A stretch of DNA of 44,437 nt from Nemertoderma westbladi (taxonomy: Eukaryota > Animalia > Xenacoelomorpha): assembly GCA_032718475.1 (NCBI GenBank), contig JAUCBJ010004897.1, positions 1 through 44,437 of the forward strand, in the 5' to 3' direction. The notes below the pieces were generated by a model. That model was given only the letters and a program-made list of their open reading frames with translations, was not told where the DNA came from and ran no database searches. Positions 11,255-29,439 of this stretch are shown here, one piece after another. How positions within the stretch are numbered: the stretch's first letter is position 1; every line of letters begins with the position of its first letter. The position numbers and the translations under genes were made by a program.

Positions 11255-11860
11255 ACTATTGCTAGATTACACGCATCTTCAAGGACAATGTCCTTTAAGA
11301 TTCCTCTCAAAGAATGTCATGGGCTCTCTACCATGCTTATTCTCTCCATGAGGCTGCAAAGGCATACGATTGTGAACTGTGGAGTACTGGTAATCTAAAG
11401 AATCGATTCCCTGGATTTCGTTTAATTTCATGGGACTTCGAAATCCTGGGCAGAATATTCAATTCTGCCCTTACGTATCCAAAATCCCACATAACAGTTA
11501 TCCACGAACCATTAGATCTAATGATTACGACTGTCAAAGTTAACTGTCAAAATTTTGGCATACCTGGAGTTAACAAAAAGACAAGCACCAGAAGCAGTCT
11601 GCTCCAAAGACGTAAGGGTCATCCTTCTAGAGATTCGAGCTGAACATACATACCTGCAGCAATGGAAATCAATGATATTTCACGAAAAGATCCGTAGAAG
11701 TTAGGCATGTTTTGTCGATGTACTTGGCGACTGTGACTAACTTAATCGTTTTTATCTCTTGTGGGACTCTCTTAGTTCTATACATGTCTATGATGATGGG
11801 CTGAATGAGGACTAAACGCTTTTTCAGAGGAGCGCCATGTACTCCTCTGGATGCTACCAC
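11255..11860 (-). pseudogene. Heavily deleted copy of the RTE-like LINE
   Basis: 11258-11360 matches 7978-8080; 11535-11598 matches 8308-8372; 11655-11850 matches 8955-9160 (IIIDMYRTKRVPQEIKTIKLV versus IIVDMHRTTRVPQEMKTNKLV). Confidence 0.85.
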
Positions 11861-12199
11861 AATAGCACCGCAATAGTACCAGCAGAACGCAGCAAATATT
11901 TTCAATAATAAATAATGTTTGGATGAATTCGGTTTGGTACTTTTCGGCATTCCAGGTGACTAAATAACAAAGTTTAACAACCTGCGTTATTCAGAAGGTT
12001 TCATCATTGCTGTAGCGACGAGAGCTGTTGCGACAATGTTTACTATATCTACAGTGACTTTAAATAAAAATTTATATTTTTAATAATTTTCATCCGTTCT
12101 AAACGTCCCGGCGAAGTGTATTATAAATATAAATATCGGGCATAGAAATAAATTGGAACATGTTGTACAGATTACAACGACACTTGGATGACAAGTCCA

Positions 12200-12720
12200 T
12201 GGAATTGTTACCGAATTCCTTTATCCTTATATGAATGGAAGTGTCAGCTATATACAAGAAGGGCGCTACCTCGCCTGAACAAGGAACTCGGGATCCTTGT
12301 AGGCAATTACTTGTAGGATATGCATGCAGTGTAATGGGATGCCCGACTGACATTCCAAAACCCAAAGTCCAACCAAATTACCCTATTCCCTGTGGACTTC
12401 CAGAACGGAAAACCGAATTTCAAGATTAGGTTGGGACTGCGAGAAGCTGTTTTAGGAGAGGATTGGGGAGTTTGCTTGTCTGACATTGTTACAACAATGG
12501 ATATACAATCCGCGAAGCTACATTTATAATTGCAATTACAATGGCAAGGAAATGGTTAAATCTGAGTAGCAGAAGGTTTAATTTTCTGACATTTCCGAAG
12601 CTCTTCCATTTGGAGAACGGGGGAGTCTCAGTTTTACCCAATTCCAATAAATTGGGAGGAAGTTTAAACTAATGAAATTGCGCTCTGCATACTAATACAA
12701 ATTCCATTACATATTCAGTT
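12200..12720 (+). pseudogene. Possible CR1/L2-type LINE relic
   Basis: Remnant motifs VSAIYKKG and (LV)RQLL.GYACSV(W)D resemble CR1/L2 RT-flanking motifs (VTPIFKKG, LVRPHLEYACSVWDP); heavily decayed. Confidence 0.4.
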
Positions 12721-12984
12721 TATCAGATAAGTTACGAGTTAATTTACTATTCTGTGTGTAACACAGTATTCTACACAGTATACACATAATCTGCCATTTT
12801 TATATACATGAAGTGAGCTTACTCTATAGAAAACCATGAAAACCTTCGTTAAATTCCATCAAGCTGTTCTTGGTCTATAATCTAAATGAAGTAGTAAACA
12901 TTTCAATTGCAGAAGTGACTCTGCGACTGCGACATATTAACACAAAAAACGGACCGGTTTTAGATCAGAGGTTTGTGGGTATAC

Positions 12985-13356
12985 CACAACTCCGTGACCC
13001 TATCTGCTAATACCAGTCCTTCCTGTCTGCTGTACCACACCTCTGTGTCTGCTATACCACACCTCTGTGTTTGCTATACCACACCTCTATGTCTGGTAAT
13101 TCCCCCACATCCGTGTTTGCTATACCACACTTCTGTGACCGTGTCTGCTACACACCTCTGTGTCTGCTATACCACACATCCGTGTTTGCTATACCACACT
13201 TCCGTGGCCGTGTGTCTGCTAGCTATACCACAGATCCGTGTCTGCTATACCACACATCTGTGACCGTGTCTGCTCTACCAGACCTTCCTGTCTGCTATAC
13301 CACACCTCCGTGTCTGCCATACCACACCTCCATGTCTGCTACCACACATCCGTGTC
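12985..13356. repeat. Degenerate minisatellite, 22-bp core (CTGCTATACCACACCTCTGTGT) with longer variants
   Basis: About 15 recurrences of GCTATACCACAC-like units; explains the overlapping CYTT/LLYHT/AIPH ORFs. Confidence 0.9.
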
Positions 13357-13678
13357 ATCTCTACTTTACTCTCTACTTCTACTTTACCATGTTTCCTTGA
13401 CCCGACCTCATTTTTACTTTATTTGCTTTTTTTAATTTTGCTAACCTTGTACATTATTAGCCAACAATATATTATTGCGCGTCTTAAGTAACACGAAGTG
13501 GCAACTTATTGCAGCATGTGACATAAACTGTCACATAAATGTTAAATGCCCACATGAAAGAATTATAAGCAAAATGTTTTCAGTAAATTCAAGGAAATGG
13601 GGAAGATTATCACTATTATCACTCTAGTGGGTGACTGTTGAAATGATGAAGGCTGAAAGTATCAAAAAATCTCAGCAA

Positions 13679-22206
<8,528 letters not shown>

Positions 22207-23308
22207 TATTTGCCATTATTACCCACACACCCCCAACAGTGTAAGTTCGCTAGGACTCCGCCATCTTCGTGGCTCTCCCCACATATTAGTTTTAATTTAC
22301 TGCCATTGTATTAAAACACAAAATTATAACTTGACATTAGTTTAGCTAAGTACATGGAATGATTTAAACCAATTTCTATGCCTTATGTGAGTAAAGCTGA
22401 AACGATACTCTTACACGCACATTTCAACCAATTTATTATTATTATTAATTATCATAACTTTATGTCCATTCAAAAAATGCTAAATCTATGTCTAAGAGAA
22501 TAAAACGGAAGTTGTTATAATGTACCTTCCATGGGGATTTGTAATGAACGTGCCAGAATAGAATCATAAGTCGTAATTAATATGGCAGCATGGAAAACTC
22601 TTCATACGTGGAATAAAAGAGAGCACATGCGGCAACCTTGAATTCCTCTCCAACGTGCAGCATAGAAGCAGCCCCGTAATGGATGCATCCATCCCCAAGC
22701 GTTTGATATATTCATCTCATTACACGCTCCAGGGATCGGTTTCCAAAATGTAATTTCCAAGGTGTAATTTGATGCATTGCCTCGCGCAAAATAAAACTAA
22801 CTCAATTCTATCTCAATATCCCCCAAGCTTATCCCATCCTCATAGTACTAATGGCTTTCAAGTTCTTTTAAGTTTAAATAAAATATTGTGCAGCGATTTC
22901 TTCATCACAGCTATTCCAATGAGCTCACTCTGTTGATAATTTTTTGACTCGTCCACATATCTGCAATCTGTAAAAATCGAAAATATTTTGACACTAGAAA
23001 TCCAGTAAGCTGGCTTTAAACGAACTAATCCCGTGATCGAAACGCCACAAAAAATATACAGTCTTGTGCGCAACCAAAATTTATGTAGAGTTTGTTATTA
23101 AAATTTTTGCGTACCTGCTTGAGTTTTTGAGATATGGGATGGTTATACACTCAACCACATCGTGTTTTTGAACGGCTCAACTCTTGACAAAAACTACCCT
23201 GGGCTATTAATAGGCAGGTTCGTTATAACCTGTAAGTGCTAATTAAGGTTAAGCTGCATTCAGTGGGGAACAGCATATACAGTAGGCATGGGCTGATGGT
23301 TGCAGACT

Positions 23309-23542
23309 TTCCAGATATGGGAGGAAACTGGACGGAATAAAAATTCATCCCTCTCCAGGGTAAATTGGACACAAATAACAGCTGATTACTCCCAAAATAA
23401 AACTAACTTGTTCTATTGTGTTTAGTTTATTGTTTTGGTTAAAATAACGTGCCGCTGTAACCTGCTCCTTTCCCCAAATTGAGAATTTAACATTGAGGCG
23501 GGATATTAATTCGCCAAGATGGATTCGCTAGATGTTTCCCCC
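23309..23542. mobile_element. MITE family A, copy 1 (~230 bp)
   Basis: Long reverse-complement match to 28870-29120 (e.g. GAGAATTTAACATTGAGGCGGGATATTAATTCGC; AAAAATTCATCCCTCTCCAGGG); ends GGAAACTGGACG and GTTTCCCC. Confidence 0.85.
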
Positions 23543-24170
23543 ACTTTCTCAGATTTTCGGGGTTCCAGGACGAAGGTCCGAAACACCAATGACGGGGGGG
23601 GGGGGTTGTGAAGTATGACACATACAGAGTCACATGCGGGAGCGGCTGTAAGATGATTTGTTACGTAACGCAATCACTTATAATTATTATACGTTATTTA
23701 CGTTGCAATTCAATTCTATGGCTGCAGTATGACTGTCTGTATACTGTAGGTATTGACCACGAGGTTATATTATTGAATGAATTTTGGTTATTATTGCATT
23801 TATTTAATTAATTAATATTAAAGTGTTTAACCAATTATGTATGATAATACATATATAATATATATAAAGAATGCATAAATAACGAATACAATTTGTTATT
23901 TACCAATAATTAATACAGGTGAATAAATAAATAATACATTATTATAGGACAAGAATATGCGCTGTACAAATACTGTTCATAGACCTATTTTAGATGTATA
24001 AGGGGGGTGTGGGGTGGGTGGGAGGGTTTTTGGGTGAAAAATTGGCCGAATTGGCGTTACGTAATTTGTCGACGCCCCTTAACAACGTTATGCTATTGTC
24101 CGGATCGGAATTGTCCGTAGGCCTTCTCCATTAAATGTATTACCAACAACGTTGTAACATAATAATTATT

Positions 24171-24800
24171 TACATACTTGTGTGTAAAGTAGCACTTTAC
24201 AGTGTGATGATCCGAGTGGCTTTGTTACACGAACGAACGTTAGTGAGTGAGTGAAAATAAAGCCACGAGGATCAGAACACTGTAAAGTTCTTTGCAACAA
24301 GTATGTATGTAGTTTTATTACAAATTTTTAACATTACGAAATGATTGTACATATACATTATAAGTGATAGAAACTGCACAAATTATATTAGTTGCTGTAT
24401 AAATAAATGTAAAAATGACATAAATTATGTTATAAATAAGTTAGCTTAAATATATGGTGGCGTTTGGAGCCATGTTATAATAATATAGCTAGGCCCTACT
24501 GCTTATTAATAGCTATACCCCGCCTACTGGTAGGTAATGCGTGGGCCTATCTGGCTGTCAGGCAAATTTCCACCTATTGTTTACGTGGTATACAATTACG
24601 GCGATAAGTAATGTCCCCTTAGTGGACATTACTTAACGCCGTCATGGGTTACCACGTAAACAATAACACCAAATACAATACTAAATGTACAGGCCAATAC
24701 AATGCTGTAATGTCCTCTAAAGTTGTAAAGTGCTAAATAACAACTCGCTGTTAATACTAACGGCGTTGAGTAATGTTACAATTTTGGAATAAAATAAGTT
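24171..24800. mobile_element. Palindrome-rich non-autonomous element (Crypton-like architecture)
   Basis: Long imperfect hairpins at 24171-24307 and 24575-24665. Family label rests on remembered resemblance only. Confidence 0.5.
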
Positions 24801-25093
24801 AAATATTTGACGCTGTTTTAGATAACTGTTTTTGTTTATCTGGAGAAAGTACGGTGAAAAATCGATTTAAACTTAGAATCTCGCAAGTTGCTTTGCTACT
24901 TGTTAATACAGTACAGTAGCTCAGAATGCCAATAAGGGAGTTTCATAAATCATGTTTGCGTTGTAAGAGTTACAATTCCCATGACGGTGTGAGAAAGATT
25001 TCTACATTCTTCGTCATGGGATGATAAACATCTAATGTTTGTTGCCTTTGGCCCATGCAAACTGAACTGCCTTCTATAAAGTGCAGTTCGTGG

Positions 25094-25540
25094 CCGTTGA
25101 CGAAAGTCCTCACACCTAGGACGAAGGTCCGAATCCGAACAGGACGAAGGTCCGAAAAAAAAGCGACCCAGGCGGACACTTTCGGACCTTCATCACATTC
25201 GGACCTTCGTCTCATTCGGAACTTCGTCTCATTCGGACCTTCGTCTCATTCGGACCTTCGTCTCATTCGGACCTTCGTCTCATTCGGACCTTCGTCTCAT
25301 TCGGACCTACGCCTCATTCGGACCTTCGTCTCATTCGGACCTTCGTCTCATTCGGACCTTCGTCTCATTCGGACCTTCGTCTCATTCGGACCTTCGTCTC
25401 AATCGGACCTTCGTCTCATTCGGACCTTCGTCTCATTCGGACCTTCGTCTCATTCGGACCTTCGTCTCATTCGGACCTTCGTCTCATTCGGACCTTCGTC
25501 TCATTCGGACCTTCGTCTCATTCGGACCTTCGTCACATGG
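25094..25540. mobile_element. Foldback-like element with a 17-bp tandem array (TTCGGACCTTCGTCTCA, ~21 copies) facing inverted subunits
   Basis: Array at 25181-25537; inverted GACGAAGGTCCGAA copies at ~25120 and ~25144; termini CCGTTGACGAAAGTCC and GGACCTTCGTCACATGG; an isolated subunit also at ~23569-23582. Confidence 0.85.
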
Positions 25541-25579
25541 TAGGGTAATTCTAATAATTTATTACTCAATGTCTTAACT

Positions 25580-25672
25580 TAGTGGCGCAGTTTGTTTTGT
25601 TAGGGTGCGTGGTATGGCACGCACCTGATGAGGAGAACCAGGAAACCTAAGGTTCAGCGTTTAAATCGCGAA
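25580..25672 (+). ncRNA. tRNA-like SINE head enclosing a degenerate hammerhead-like motif
   Basis: A-box-like TGGCGCAGTTTG; T-arm-like CAGCG-TTTAAAT-CGCG; between them a GTGCGTG/CACGCAC stem, CTGATGA (25625-25631), GAAA (25642-25645), and CCTAA complementary to TTAGG (25600-25604). Confidence 0.35.
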
Positions 25673-26512
25673 AACCCTTTTATTTTTATTAAATTTATTT
25701 TGTTTTATTATGTAGTGATATATAGGCCGGCGTGGTAAACTGTATTATGTTAATTTTATGGGATGGGCTACTGCTGTATTTGTTTGAATGCTTACCAGTG
25801 CCTGTATTGTCGTACACAGTGTGGTTAGGTGAGTTTATTCTTGTGGTAAATATTGCTATTAGGATGTTACATTATTTAATAGGGCCGGTCAGTACTTGGT
25901 GGCCCAAGGGGCCCCAAAGCCTGTCGGAGTAAGACCCCCATACGTCCTATTTTATTGGCACATATCTGCAGGCCCAGGCATATCTCTCTGCCACATTCTG
26001 CCACATTCCAAGTCCAGCCAGATACTGGTGGTTGCATCTAGTGCTGCGAACTGAAACTTAACTGGAACTTAAATATTTCACTTTTTGAATAAATACATTT
26101 AATTTGCTTTATTCTGTTAATTATTAATAATAATATTATTCCACAACAAAAAAGAACCATCCACATTGGTATTGGACCATCCACATAAAATAAAATATTA
26201 TTGGAAAGTATAATTGTGTAATCTTTTCAGTTTATTTTAGAAGAAGTGGAGCGGGTGCAAAAAATAGCAACAAATGTAAAAAATACAATACAATACCCGA
26301 AATGTATAATCTGCGGACAGAGCGAGGACATTTATAGACGGTGGCCCAGACTCTAAAATAGACAAGCAATACAAAACCAAAAATTGTTTGTGGCTGTCTG
26401 GCTGACAAGACGGCACTGCGGCAAAGAAACCTAAAAGTCTGTAAGTCAAATTTCACAGATATTTTCGACACAATCAAAATTCATACCTCTTAATTAACGG
26501 AAAATCGACGCA

Positions 26513-26976
26513 CAAAAAATGGACGCACTGATGATTGATTACGGTACTCCAAAAAAATGGACGCACTGATGATTGATTACGGTACTCCAAAAAAATGGAC
26601 GCACTGATGATTGATTACGGTACTCCAAAAAAATGGACGCACTGATGATTGATTACGGTACTCCAAAAAAATGGACGCACTGATGATTGATTACGGTACT
26701 CCAAAAAAATGGACGCACTGATGATTGATTACGGTACTCCAAAAAAATGGACGCACTGATGATTGATTACGGTACTCCAAAAAAATGGACGCACTGATGA
26801 TTGATTACGGTACTCCAAAAAAATGGACGCACTGATGATTGATTACGGTACTCCAAAAAAATGGACGCACTGATGATTGATTACGGTACTCCAAAAAAAT
26901 GGACGCACTGATGATTGATTACGGTACTCCAAAAAAATGGACGCACTGATGATTGATTACGGCACTCCAAAAAAAT
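26513..26976. repeat. Near-perfect 38-bp tandem repeat x12 (AAAAAAATGGACGCACTGATGATTGATTACGGTACTCC)
   Basis: GGACGC recurs every 38 bp from 26521 to 26939; no spacers; only the last unit carries a substitution. Confidence 0.98.
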
Positions 26977-27260
26977 GTAATCTGTTCTATCTTTATCTAT
27001 TCTTTATTGTTTTGGTTAGAATAAGGTGCCACTGCAAACTCTTTACGTGGAAATGATGGTCGTATTATTATGCAATTTAAATTTAAATTTTTCTCCTTTC
27101 GATATCCAAACGCCACGAAAAAACCTTCGACCACCGGCAACATTCGCTTGATAAATTGCAAATTAAGGGAAAGGAACAGGTTACAGTATGTAATTCATCC
27201 CAAAACAATAAACGGAAATTACCACAGGTTACATTTTCATAATAAGTTGGATTAATCAGA
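26977..27260. mobile_element. Diverged MITE family A-related sequence adjoining the 38-bp array
   Basis: 26975-27040 resembles 23400-23462 (TGTTCTAT..TTTATTGTTTTGGTTA.AATAA.GTGCC.CTG); 27150-27240 resembles 28925-29020 (GGGAAAGGA.CAGGTTACAGT..AAAACAATAAAC). Confidence 0.6.
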
Positions 27261-28869
27261 ATGTAGATGTAAAACACGCATATTTCTGATTATTTTTATA
27301 TCTGCTAGAATATGAAATAATCACAAAACTCATCAGTTGATTAGTTCTGGTGCGGAAGTGACTGAAATTAGAATTCTAATGTTGATTGAAACAATGGGAA
27401 AGAACACTAGGCCTACTCCAACCGAATCTTATCATACCGTCGTATAATATAGTGAATGGATAGCCACAATACGATCAGTCCGGCCTACTATTATTAGGCG
27501 GTATTGGCTTGAATTCTTAAAAAAAATATATTTTTATCTGAAATTCATCTTTCGAGGGTAATTTACTTACCAGAACTGAAAAAAATAACAACTTTAGGCT
27601 GGATTTAATAACAGCTTTATGTGGTACACGTCAGTATCAAGCTAGGCATATATTGGGGAATTCCTAAAGATTTATATTTCTTCAATTTTTGTAATTGAAT
27701 AGAACGACTGGTATGTGAGACGGTTGCTTTAAACTAGCTTTATTAATATTATTATAAGTGAAAAATTATTAATATTACTACTGTAACTTATTCATTTGAG
27801 TGTATGCAAAGTAGTGCCTAACGCTGGTTAACGCCTTGTTGTAAAGACTTGTTAACGGTATACGAAAGAATGTAGTAAGTAAGTGATCATTATTATTGTC
27901 TTAGAAGATAGTGACATAATATTTAATTCACAAAATAACGTATTATTTGAAAACACATCCAAAATCAGATCACTTTTTATTCTAAATCCTACATTTTACT
28001 ATCCCTATCCTATCTTCTGTAGAATATATATATTTTGTAGGGATTCAATCCAATCAGATGTTTTTTGATTAGCCTGATCTTCGTTTGAAAGTTTATGTGG
28101 CTTCAAATTTTCTTCCGACAAATATACGATTCGGTAGGCCTACTATGTATAGAGCTCTTTCATCCCAGAGTAGGCATAGGCCTACAGCCTACAGTACAAT
28201 AGGCTTTACAAACCCTTACAGGAAATAAAGTGTAGGGCAATACACCAACTAAAAGCCCTGCAACACCATTAATAATACTTGCGATATTTTAATTAATTTT
28301 CCAAGGCTGGTTCTGGGTTTCAGCTTACATTAGGCTCCTGGGTAAGGTCAGCTGATTAATAAGCTGTTTTTTCACATCAAAGAACAATTTTATTGAATCA
28401 ATGCCATTCATATAATATATGGCACTATTATACAGTACCAGTACGTACTCCTACAAGTACAAGATTCAAGAAGGAAATAGTCGCAAAAGCCTAATGCATG
28501 CTTACTTTATTTCAAACCCGCCGTATACTACTGTGTTATTGAAGTATAAGTTTGAGTAACCAATAATTACGAATTATATTTATTTATTTTACTCTACTTT
28601 TCCTAGCTTGGCCTCCTGAGAATGCCTTCAGCTGCGGGGTGAAACCTACAGATCAGCGGGCTGCTGTCAGCTGATCACTGATTACATGCAACGTCTAGGT
28701 CTTGTTGCTTTTTAGTTATTTACATAATTTGGTACTAAGAAACCTACTGGTAAGGTTTTTTACTTAACGTGCTTGTTTTCTTGCCGTCTCTTTATAATTT
28801 CTATTCAAAATTTTAAATATTTATTTCTGAAGAAAGACTGTTCCATAAGTCGATGAATTAACGAGACAG

Positions 28870-29120
28870 GAGGGAAACTGGACGCAAAACCCGCCTTAGC
28901 GAATTAATATCCCGCCTCAATGTTAAATTCTCAATTTTGGGAAAGGAGCAGGTTACAGTGGTACGTTATTTTAACAAAAACAATAAACTAAACACAATAG
29001 AACAGGTTACAGTTTCATCTTTGAGACTAATCATCTGTTATTTGCGTCGAATTTCCCCTGGAGAGGGATGAATTTTTATTGCGTACAGTTCCCCCCCCCC
29101 CGCCCCTCCTTTATCTGGAA
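28870..29120. mobile_element. MITE family A, copy 2 (inverted relative to copy 1)
   Basis: TIRs GGGAAACTGGACGCAA and TTGCGTACAGTTCCCC; body is the reverse complement of 23309-23520. Confidence 0.85.
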
Positions 29121-29439
29121 TTAACATATCCAATCCTAACCAATAACATGTTTTATTTTCTTATTCATTTGAACACTTTGAAGACAGAAGAAAAAACAAT
29201 AAGGACTGCCCTAAAGAGTAGTTACAAACTAGGCAATATAGTCTGATGGTAGTTGTCGAAGTTCGAACATGATTTGACATCATCAATCATGGTAAACACG
29301 GACGACATCTGCACCTCAGAAATCAATGTAGCTTTTTTTAATATGCCTTGGTCACTCGTAGACACTTTACTGTCCTCATGGACGACGCTGTGGATGCCGT
29401 GGTTGATGCCCGTTGTACTGTGTGGGAGGGGAGGATTTG

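Noticed and set aside
12973-13435. Cys/His-rich ORFs
   Set aside because: All three frames show the same rotated motifs from a 22-bp minisatellite.
25055-25543. 162-aa ORF with FGPSSHSDLRLIRTFVS repeats
   Set aside because: Product of a 17-bp unit cycling through three frames inside a foldback element.
26513-26976. CRISPR array (38-bp repeats)
   Set aside because: Units are contiguous with no unique spacers, there are no cas genes, and the context is eukaryotic.
26513-26976. Hammerhead satellite or C/D snoRNA array (each unit contains CTGATGA)
   Set aside because: No GAAA half-core, no stems I-III, and no terminal stems or guide variation.
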